A DNA stretch of 64,000 bases from an uncultured Alphaproteobacteria bacterium (GTDB lineage Bacteria > Pseudomonadota > Alphaproteobacteria > Rhizobiales > Xanthobacteraceae). The notes beneath the pieces were generated by a model. That model did no database searches and was not told the origin of the DNA. It saw only the letters and a program-made list of their open reading frames with translations. Below, piece by piece: positions 1 to 7,781 of this stretch. Each line of letters begins with the position of its first letter. The first letter of the stretch is position 1. Both the position numbers and the translations under genes were made by a program. Where the stretch lies: assembly GCA_963762285.1 (NCBI GenBank), contig CAVXKE010000017.1, positions 97,249-161,248 of the forward strand. The letters are read 5' to 3'.

Positions 1-1
1 T

Positions 2-97
2 CCGATCGAAGCGGTCGCCGCGCTCAAGCTGTCCGACGGCGAGGTGAAGCTGCTGCATCACGACAATGCCGCGCGTTTTCTGGGTGAGCCCGCATGA
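2..97 (+). CDS. 3' end of amidohydrolase_2 family protein (partial)
   Basis: Frame from base 2 reads PIEAVAALKLSDGEVKLLHHDNAARFLGEPA*; NAARFL is typical of the amidohydrolase_2 C-terminus; the stop overlaps the next ATG (ATGA). Confidence 0.6.
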   Translation, partial: PIEAVAALKLSDGEVKLLHHDNAARFLGEPA

Positions 98-1026
98 GCA
101 AGGCACAGGTCCGCGCCAAAGTCCGCGCCTTGCGCAGCGTCGATCTCGGATTTTCCGATCTCGGCCGCGCGCTGCGTTTTTTCACGGAGGTCTGGCATCT
201 GACGCCGGTCGGCGAAAGCGGCGGCGTGCATTACCTGCGCGGCAGCGGCGCCTTCCACCACATCCTCAGCATCCGCCGCGCGCCAAAGCTGGCGCTGATC
301 CGCGTGGTGCTCGATGCCGCCGACCGCGCCACGGTGGACGCGCTGCACGCGCAGGTTCTCGCCCACGGCCTCACGACCGTCGATCCGCCGGCAGGCTTGC
401 GCCAGCCGCACGGCGATTACGGCTTCGGCTTCAAGGACCCGGAAGGCCGCAACATCGCGATCGTCTGCGGCGTCAACGACCATGCCGACGCCGCCGACAA
501 GCCCGACCGGCCGCGCAAGCTCAGCCACGTCAACATCAATGCCGGCGACAGCGAGGCCAGTTTCCGCTGCTATCGCGACGCGCTCGGCTTCACGCTCACC
601 GACACCACCGCGCGGCTGCGTTTCCTGTCGTGCAATGCCGATCATCACAGCATGGTGCTCGGCTTCAGCGGCGGGCCGACGCTCAACCACATCGCGTTCG
701 AACTGCCCGATCTCGAATCGGTGATGCGCGGCGCCGGCCGCATGCGCGACGACGGCCGCGCCATCGAATGGGGCCCCGGCCGCCACGGGCCGGGCAACAA
801 CGTGTTCTGCTATTTCCTCGGCCCCGAGGACATGCCGCTGGAATACACCGCCGAGATGCAGCAGGTGGACGCGCATCATCGCGCCAAGACGGCGGAGCAA
901 TGGACCTGGCCGCCCGGCCGGCTCGATCATTGGGGCATCAGCGCGGCGCCGAGCGCGCGCATCGAAACCGCCGGCTTGAGCATTCATTTCACCGCCGACG
1001 GCTACCGGCTGGACGAGTGGCGGTAG
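94..1026 (+). CDS. VOC-family extradiol ring-cleavage dioxygenase (catechol 2,3-dioxygenase-like)
   Basis: Two VOC domains; LSHVNI, DHHS, NHIAF, WGPGRHGPGNNVFCYF and LEY motifs. Confidence 0.85.
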   Translation: MSKAQVRAKVRALRSVDLGFSDLGRALRFFTEVWHLTPVGESGGVHYLRGSGAFHHILSIRRAPKLALIRVVLDAADRATVDALHAQVLAHGLTTVDPPAGLRQPHGDYGFGFKDPEGRNIAIVCGVNDHADAADKPDRPRKLSHVNINAGDSEASFRCYRDALGFTLTDTTARLRFLSCNADHHSMVLGFSGGPTLNHIAFELPDLESVMRGAGRMRDDGRAIEWGPGRHGPGNNVFCYFLGPEDMPLEYTAEMQQVDAHHRAKTAEQWTWPPGRLDHWGISAAPSARIETAGLSIHFTADGYRLDEWR

Positions 1027-1188
1027 GGGCGATGCCGATCGGATGAGTAATTTTTAGGCGACGGATTCACCATTTCGCGGCGTTCTGTCTGCGACCGGGT
1101 TTGATCTGGCGCAAAATGGCCGGCCGGGCCGCCGATAGTACTTTCGCAGTAAAGTTTCGATCCCGGCCGTAACGGCAGGAGATTCCCG

Positions 1189-1557
1189 ATGGCCCCAGCG
1201 CCGAGCTTGTCCATTTCGCCGGAAAAAGTCTGCTTCTTCATCGCCAAGGCGCATGAATACGACGTCACCGACGAGGTGGTCGATCCCGATTCCGAGGCGA
1301 GCGTCGTCGACGACGCCACCTTTCAGGAATTGACGGCGTTCATCAACGGGCTGACCGAGGACGAACAGGTCGACCTGGTGGCGTTGACCTGGCTCGGCCG
1401 CGGCGATGGCACGATCGGCGATTGGGACGATTTGCGCGCGGAAGCGGCCCGCCTGCACAACAACCGCACCGCCGCCTATCTGCTCGCCAAACCCATGCTG
1501 GGCGACCACCTGGAAGAGGGGCTCGCGCAGTTCGGCCTGACCTGCGAAGGCATGTGA
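1189..1557 (+). CDS. DUF3775 domain protein
   Basis: ISPEKVCFFIAKA, EQVDLVALTWLGRGD, YLLAKPMLGDHLEEGL; GGAG RBS. Confidence 0.8.
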   Translation: MAPAPSLSISPEKVCFFIAKAHEYDVTDEVVDPDSEASVVDDATFQELTAFINGLTEDEQVDLVALTWLGRGDGTIGDWDDLRAEAARLHNNRTAAYLLAKPMLGDHLEEGLAQFGLTCEGM

Positions 1558-1641
1558 AGCGGCTGCCGGCCGCGCGCGCTCGGCTGTCATCGTCTAAATT
1601 CAGAGTCTGAAGGACCGCCCGCGCCGGCGCGCAAACGTGGT

Positions 1642-1681
1642 TTGACAATTCGGGCGCGGCGTTTATCGTTTGCGTACAAAT
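1642..1681 (+). promoter_or_regulatory. sigma70-type promoter (TTGACA-N16-TATCGT) with candidate MarR operator GTTTGCGTACAAAT (1668-1681)
   Basis: Perfect -35 hexamer upstream of the Mo-hydroxylase operon; related imperfect palindrome at 11568 and 16492. Confidence 0.6.
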
Positions 1682-1713
1682 AATTAGCCCTTGGTCGCCG
1701 GGCGGTATGCCGC

Positions 1714-2568
1714 ATGAAGCCAGCGCCGTTCATCCGCCACGCGCCGAAGACGCTCGACGAAGCGCTGAAGATCTTGGCGGCGGTCGCAGCCGAAGACGGC
1801 CGCGTGCTGGCGGGCGGCCAGAGCCTCGTTCCGATCATGGCGTTCCGGCTGGCTAGACCTGCGCATCTCGTCGACATCAACGACGTCGAAGGGCTCGACA
1901 AGATTTCCAGCGACGGAAAATTCCTGTCCATCGGCGCCTGCGTGCGCCATGCCGCGTTTCACAAACCGGTCGTCGACAATCCGCTCGGCAATTTGCTGTC
2001 ATATGTCGCGCGCCACATCGCGCATTATCCGATCCGCATGCGCGGTACCTTCTGCGGCAGCCTGGCGCACGCCGATCCGGCCTCGGAGTGGTGCCTCACC
2101 GCCGTCACGCTCGATGCCACCATGGTGGCGAAAAGCACGCGCGGCGAACGGCGGATCGCGGCGAAGGATTTTTTCCAGGGCATCATGGCGACGGCGCTGG
2201 CCGAGGACGAACTGCTCGCCGAAGTGCGGCTGCCGCTGCTGGCAAACGACGCCAAATTCGGCTTCAACGAATTCAGCCGCCGCGCCGGCGATTTCGCCAT
2301 GAGCGCCGCGCTCGCCAGCTATCGCCTCGCCGCTGGCAAGATCGCCGAAGCCCGTGTCGGCGTCGGCGGCGCCGAGGCGCGCCCGCGCCGCATGGCCGAC
2401 GCCGAAGCCGCGCTCAACGGCCAGGCGCCGGGCGATGCCGTCTTCCGCGCCGCGGCTGACGCCGCCGCCGCCGCCATTGATCCGCTGGAGGATCACCAGA
2501 CCAATGCAGCCTACCGGCGCGACCTGGTGCGCGCGGTGGTGCGGCGCGCGCTGGAGGCGAGCGCATGA
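1714..2568 (+). CDS. Molybdenum hydroxylase FAD (medium) subunit, CoxM/XdhA-like
   Basis: LAGGQSLVP, RGTFCGSLAHADPA, RRAGDF motifs. Confidence 0.92.
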   Translation: MKPAPFIRHAPKTLDEALKILAAVAAEDGRVLAGGQSLVPIMAFRLARPAHLVDINDVEGLDKISSDGKFLSIGACVRHAAFHKPVVDNPLGNLLSYVARHIAHYPIRMRGTFCGSLAHADPASEWCLTAVTLDATMVAKSTRGERRIAAKDFFQGIMATALAEDELLAEVRLPLLANDAKFGFNEFSRRAGDFAMSAALASYRLAAGKIAEARVGVGGAEARPRRMADAEAALNGQAPGDAVFRAAADAAAAAIDPLEDHQTNAAYRRDLVRAVVRRALEASA

Positions 2569-2699
2569 TCGCGCAATTCTCCGTCATTCCGGGGCGCGGA
2601 CCTTGGTCCGCGAACCCGGAATCCAGAACCACGGATTGCATTCGCATCTGGATTCCGGATCGCCGCTTCGCGGCGTCCGGAATGACGGTAAATACATGA
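2565..2699 (+). CDS. 44-aa mini-ORF spanning a REP-like element (candidate translational-coupling bridge)
   Basis: ATG 2565 overlaps upstream TGA; open frame MIAQFSVIPGRGPWSANPESRTTDCIRIWIPDRRFAASGMTVNT; TGA 2697-2699 overlaps downstream ATG 2696. Confidence 0.45.
   Translation: MIAQFSVIPGRGPWSANPESRTTDCIRIWIPDRRFAASGMTVNT
2581..2688. repeat. REP-like palindromic element, family A (CCGTCATTCCGG...CCGGAATGACGG)
   Basis: Terminal inverted repeats with internal hairpins; related copy at 24271. Confidence 0.85.
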
Positions 2700-5035
2700 C
2701 CGCGCACACCAAAGGCTCCGGCAGCACCTGGGTCGGCCGCGCCATCCGCCGGCTGGAAGACCCCGCGCTGGTCAGCGGGCAAGGCCGCTTCACCGCCGAT
2801 CTGGCTGCCGCGCATTGGGTGCGCTTCGTGCGCAGCCCGGTCGCCGCCGGCAGGATTACCGGCATCGAGGCGCCGCAGGACGCGATGGTGATCACCGCCG
2901 CCGAGCTCGCGGGCGTGAAGAAAATTCTGCCGATGCTGCACAAGTTCGCCTACAAGCCGGTCGGCCAGCCGGTATTGGCCGAGGGCGTCGTGCGTTTCGT
3001 CGGCGAGCCGGTCGCCGCCGTGGTGGCGGCGAGCACGGCGGCGGCCGAGGACATCGCCGATCTGGTCGAGCTCGCAATCGACGAAACGGAGCCGGCGATC
3101 GACGCGCGCGCAGCGCTTGCCGCCGGCGCGCCGCAAATCCACGCCGAGGCGCCCGGCAATGTCATCCTGGAAGGCCAGTTCAAGACGCCCGAATTCGACG
3201 CGGTCTGGAACGGCGCGCACAAGATCGTCAAGCTCGAGGCGCGCTCGCGCCGGCAGAACGCCACGCCGATGGAGCCGCGCGCCGGCCACGCCGCTTACGA
3301 CGCCTCAAGCGGCCGCGTCACGCTGACCTGCACCACCCAGATGCCGCATCTGATGCGCACCGCCATTGCCGACGTGCTCGGCATGCGGGAGTCCGATCTG
3401 CGCGTGATCGCGCCCGATGTCGGCGGCGGCTTCGGCCAGAAAATGTCGCTCGCTGCCGAATATGTCGTGCTGGTGTGGCTGGCGCGCAAATACAAGAGCT
3501 CGTTCGCCTGGACCGAGGACCGGCGCGAGAACCTGATCGCCGGCTTCCATGCCCGCGACCAATACGTGACGCTGGAGGGCGCCTTCGACGCCAACGCCAA
3601 ACTGGTCGCGCTCAAGGCCGACGTCATCGCCAATGTCGGCGCCTATTCCTGCTTCCCCACCACCTGCGGGGTCGAGCCGCTGATGGCGATGGCGGAAATG
3701 CCCGGCCCTTACGATTTCCGCGCCTACCAATGCCGCGCGCGCGGCGTGCTCAGCAACACCTGCACCATGGCGCCCTATCGCGGCGTGTCGCGGCCGGTGA
3801 TCACCTTCACGCTGGAGCGGCTGATGGACAAGGCGGCCGCCGCCTTCGCGCTCGAGCCGGTCGACATCCGCCGCCGCAACCTGATCGGCACGTTTCCCTA
3901 CACCTCGGCCATGGGCCTTGTTTACGACGAGGCGAGCTATCAGAGAGACGCTGGAGATGGCGGTGGAGGCCATCGACCTGCCGGCTTTCCGCGCGCGGCA
4001 GCAAGCAGGCGCGCGCGCAAGGCCGCTGGCTCGGCATCGGCTTTGCCACGTTCTGCGAGCGCACCGGCTATGGCAGCCCGGCTTTTGCCGCCAGAGGCAT
4101 GGCGATCACGCCCGGCTGGGAGACGGTGATCCTCAGCGTCGACCCGTCCGGCTTTGTCGAAGCGCGCATCGGCTCCTCGCCGCACGGGCAAGGCCTGCGC
4201 ACCACGCTGGCGCAGATCGTCGCCGACGAGCTCGGCATCGCGCCCGATCTGATCCGGGTGGTGCACGGCGACACCGACCGCGCGCCTTACGGCTGGGGCA
4301 CTTTCGCCAGCCGCTCGCTGGTGATTTCCGGCGGCGCCACGCTGATTGCGGCGCGCAAGGTGCGCGCCAAGCTCATCACCATCGCCAGCCATATGCTGGA
4401 GGCGGCGCCCGGCGACATCGTGCTGGAAGACGGAAAGGCCAAGGTCGCCGGCACCGACCGCGCGGTCTCGATCGCGGCAGATGGCGCGCGAGGCCTACAC
4501 CCAGACCCACCGCTTCAAGGGCGAGATCGAGCCGGGGCTGACCGAGACCGGCACTTACGATCCGCCCGGCACCTTCTCCAATGCCTGCCATGTGGCCATC
4601 GTCGAGGTGGACGCGGAAACCGGCCACGTCAGGATCGAAAAATTCCTGGTGGCGGAGGACGCCGGCAAGATCATCAATCCGATGATCGCCGACGGCCAGG
4701 TGCATGGCGGCATCGCCCAGGGCATCGGCAACGCGCTGTTGGAGGAGATCGTCTACGACGAGAGCGGCGGCATCCTCACCGCCAATCTCGCCGACTACAT
4801 GCCGCCGACCGCGCGCGAGATTCCGCCGATCGAGCTGCACCACCGGGAGACGCCGAGCACGCAATCGATCACCCAGGCCAAGGGCCTGGGCGAAGGCGGC
4901 ACCATCGGCGCGCCGGCGGCGGTGATCAACGCCATCAACGACGCGCTCACGCCGTTCGGCGTTGCGATCGACGAAATGCCGGCGACGCCGCAGCGCATCC
5001 GCGCGGCGTTGCGCGCCAAAGGAAATCCCTCATGA
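2696..5035 (+). CDS. Molybdenum hydroxylase large (Moco) subunit L1; three apparent +1 frameshifts (~3945, ~4005, ~4478)
   Basis: VGRAIRRLED, CTTQMPH, DVGGGFGQK, APYRGVSR, HGQG, FASRS, KGLGEGG; pieces in ORFs 2354-4129, 3918-4541, 2815-5157 and 4346-5035 join into one full protein. Confidence 0.88.
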
Positions 5036-5157
5036 GCGCGACACAAACTCCGTTCGTTCCCGCGCAAGCGGGAATCCAGGGCCAGAATAAAGGACTGAAA
5101 TATTTCGCTCTGGGTCCCCGCTTGCGCGGGGACGAACGGGTGAGAGGCTGCGCATGA
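5032..5157 (+). CDS. 41-aa mini-ORF spanning a REP-like element (candidate translational-coupling bridge)
   Basis: MSATQTPFVPAQAGIQGQNKGLKYFALGPRLRGDERVRGCA*; ATGA overlaps with both the L1 stop and the small-subunit start. Confidence 0.45.
   Translation: MSATQTPFVPAQAGIQGQNKGLKYFALGPRLRGDERVRGCA
5050..5139. repeat. REP-like element, family B (CCGTTCGTTCCCGCGCAAGCGGGAATCCAG...CTGGGTCCCCGCTTGCGCGGGGACGAACGG)
   Basis: Two inverted hairpin arms; related copies at 16551, 25152, 27497 and 29193. Confidence 0.9.
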
Positions 5158-5633
5158 GTAACAAGACCCCCATCACCCTGACCGTCAACAACCGCGATCA
5201 TGCCATCGCGGTCGAGCCGCGGCGCACGCTGGCCGACGCCATCCGCGAGGATTGCGGGCAGACCGGCACCCATATCGGCTGCGAGCACGGCGTCTGCGGC
5301 GCCTGCACCGTGCTGGTCGACGGCGAGCCGGTGCGCTCCTGCCTGATGTTCGCCGTGCAGGCGGCGGGCAAAAAAATCCGCACGGTGGAAGGTCTCGCCG
5401 AGGGCGACACGCTGCATCCGATGCAACAGGCCTTCATGGATCACCACGGCCTGCAATGCGGCTTCTGCACGCCCGGCTTCTTGATGCTGGCGGTCGGCGT
5501 GCTGGAGCGCGAGCCGGATATTTCCGACGACGATCTGCTCGACGTGCTGGCGTCCAACCTGTGCCGCTGCACCGGCTACCAGAACATCGTCAAGGCCGTG
5601 CGCGCGGCGGCCAAAGCAATGCGCGGGACGTGA
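5154..5633 (+). CDS. Molybdenum hydroxylase 2x[2Fe-2S] small subunit, CoxS-like
   Basis: GCEHGVCGACT, QCGFCTPG, NLCRCTGY. Confidence 0.95.
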   Translation: MSNKTPITLTVNNRDHAIAVEPRRTLADAIREDCGQTGTHIGCEHGVCGACTVLVDGEPVRSCLMFAVQAAGKKIRTVEGLAEGDTLHPMQQAFMDHHGLQCGFCTPGFLMLAVGVLEREPDISDDDLLDVLASNLCRCTGYQNIVKAVRAAAKAMRGT

Positions 5634-5681
5634 ACGGCGCGCACGCGCCGCGCCATGCCCGTTGTTGGAGGGAGAGCGACC

Positions 5682-7772
5682 ATGCCCCCGGCGATCGTGC
5701 AACGGCCGACCTTGCCGGCTTTGCTTATTCTCGGCGCGGCGGTGGCGCTTTCGCCCGGCGCGGCCCAGGCGCAGAGCGCGGCCGCCAAGGAGTGTCTGCG
5801 CATTGACGCCCAGCCGGCCAATTCGATCCCGTGGGACCAGCACGAGCGCGTCTACAAACAATGGGTCGAGGTCTGCCGCCAGGCGATGACCACCGAGGCC
5901 GGCGACATCCGCATCAAGAAAGTGATGGCGCGGGCCTATGGCGCGACCGGCCAGCGCGCGGAGGAGCTTGCCTTGTTGCGCGACATGGCGGCGCAGGGCG
6001 ACGCCGCGTCCTACATGAACATCTACGAGATGTACAAATCCTATGACCGCAGCGACGTCGATAAGCCGCAGCTCGTCAATCACGCCGAAGGCGAGCGATC
6101 GCTGCGCAAGGCGGCCGAGCTCGGTCATCCCTTCGCCACCGTGATGCTGGCGATCCTGCTCGACCGCGGCGACACCGTGAAGCGCGACCCGGAAGAGGCG
6201 ATCGTCTGGGCCGAGCGTGCCGTCGCCAACCCGGCCCGCGATCCAGATCCGATCAAGGACGTGCGGCCGATCGACGTGCAGGTGCTGCTCGGCCGCCTGC
6301 TGGTGAAATCGAGCGACCCGGTCAGGAAGGCGCGCGGCATCGCACTGCTTGAAAGGCTCGGCGGCCAAGGGCGCGGCGACGCGCAGTCGTATCTCGCGGA
6401 AGCAATCCGCGCCGGCGACCCGGCGCGGGCGCGCACCTTGCTTGAGCAGGCGCTGCGCACTTATCCGGGAGCCGCGCTGGCGCCGCTCGCCGACATGCTG
6501 ATCAAGGGCGAAGGCGGGCCGAAGGACGAGACGCGGGCGCTGGCGCTGCTGCGCGGACGCTACGCGGCCGATAACCAGCATGCCAAAGCCTATCTCGGCC
6601 AGCTCACGCTCGAAGGCCGCTTGGTGAAACGCGACGTCGCCGAAGCGGTCAAGCTGCTCGGCCCTTGGTCGCAGTGGGACTACGACACGCGGCTGCAATT
6701 GGCGCGGATATTCGCGGACCATCCCGACGTGGCGGTCAGCCGCCCGGAGTATCTGATCTATAACCTCACCGAAGCGAGCGAGCTCGGCGAGCCGGGCGCG
6801 TTGCCGACCTTGATCGCGCTCAAGCTCTCGCGCCACGGTCAGTTCCGCGACGAGGCCGGCGGCTGCAAGCTGGTGAAGCAAGCGGCCAGCCGCGGCGATA
6901 GCGACGCCGCGCGGCGCGTGACGGAATGCAATGCCATCGTGGTGAAAATCCGCGGCCTTGCCGCGTACGATAAGGACGACCTCGACGGCGCCATCGCCGC
7001 CTATGATGAGGCGATCAAGCTCGACGCGAAATTCGCCGATGGCTATCTCTATCGCGGCATCGCCCGCTACGCCAAGAAAGACTTCGATAATGCCATCGCC
7101 GACTACACCAAGGCGATCGAGCTTGAGCCCACCCCGCTTGCCTATCTCGACCGCGGCATTGCCTGGGCGGCCAAGCGCGACTTCGACCGCGCTATCGTCG
7201 ACTACGATGCGGCCATCCGCGTTTTCCAAAAATATCCCGACGCCTATTATTGGCGCGGCATTACCTGGAAGGACAAGGGCGACCTCGACCGCGCCATTGC
7301 CGATTTCGGCGAGGTGATCCGCATCGATGCGGATCATTCCAATGCCTATGACCACCGCGGGCAGCTCTATTTCTACAAGGGTAACTTTGCCGCCGCGGCG
7401 GCCGACCTTCGCCGCGTCGCCGATCTCGCCGGCAGCCCTTATGCCATGCTCTGGCTATATCTCTCGCGCGCACGCGCGGGCAAGAACAGCGTGGCCGAAC
7501 TCACGGCCAACGTCGCGCGCTTGAAGAACAAGGATTGGCCTTACCCGGTGATCGATTTCTATCTCGGCCACCGGCCGCTCGATGCGATGCGCGCGGCCGC
7601 CGGCAATCCGGATGAAAAATGCGAGGCGGCGTTTTATGCCGGCGAATGGTACCTGCTGAGCGGCAAGAAAGCCGAGGCCGTGCCCGAGCTGCAATTTGCG
7701 TCCGACACCTGCCCGAAAAGCTTCATCGAGTCGTTTGGCGCGGCCGGTGAGCTCAAGCGGCTCGGCAAATAG
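5682..7772 (+). CDS. Secreted Sel1-repeat/TPR protein with NlpI-like C-terminus
   Basis: Signal peptide ending AQA; Sel1-like repeats; TPRs (AIADYTKAIEL, AYYWRG); YAMLWLYL, WPYPVIDFYLG, CEAAFYAGEW. Confidence 0.8.
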   Translation: MPPAIVQRPTLPALLILGAAVALSPGAAQAQSAAAKECLRIDAQPANSIPWDQHERVYKQWVEVCRQAMTTEAGDIRIKKVMARAYGATGQRAEELALLRDMAAQGDAASYMNIYEMYKSYDRSDVDKPQLVNHAEGERSLRKAAELGHPFATVMLAILLDRGDTVKRDPEEAIVWAERAVANPARDPDPIKDVRPIDVQVLLGRLLVKSSDPVRKARGIALLERLGGQGRGDAQSYLAEAIRAGDPARARTLLEQALRTYPGAALAPLADMLIKGEGGPKDETRALALLRGRYAADNQHAKAYLGQLTLEGRLVKRDVAEAVKLLGPWSQWDYDTRLQLARIFADHPDVAVSRPEYLIYNLTEASELGEPGALPTLIALKLSRHGQFRDEAGGCKLVKQAASRGDSDAARRVTECNAIVVKIRGLAAYDKDDLDGAIAAYDEAIKLDAKFADGYLYRGIARYAKKDFDNAIADYTKAIELEPTPLAYLDRGIAWAAKRDFDRAIVDYDAAIRVFQKYPDAYYWRGITWKDKGDLDRAIADFGEVIRIDADHSNAYDHRGQLYFYKGNFAAAAADLRRVADLAGSPYAMLWLYLSRARAGKNSVAELTANVARLKNKDWPYPVIDFYLGHRPLDAMRAAAGNPDEKCEAAFYAGEWYLLSGKKAEAVPELQFASDTCPKSFIESFGAAGELKRLGK

Positions 7773-7781
7773 CGCGCGCCG

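Noticed and set aside
2696-5035. L1 and the other frameshifted genes as pseudogenes or programmed frameshifts
   Set aside because: Insertion-only pattern across unrelated genes with no slippery motifs points to sequencing error
4947-7355. Long antisense or alternate-frame ORFs (e.g. 4947-7355, 42472-45099, 51966-54077)
   Set aside because: Shadows of real genes in high-GC DNA; Arg/Ala/Pro-rich with no motifs
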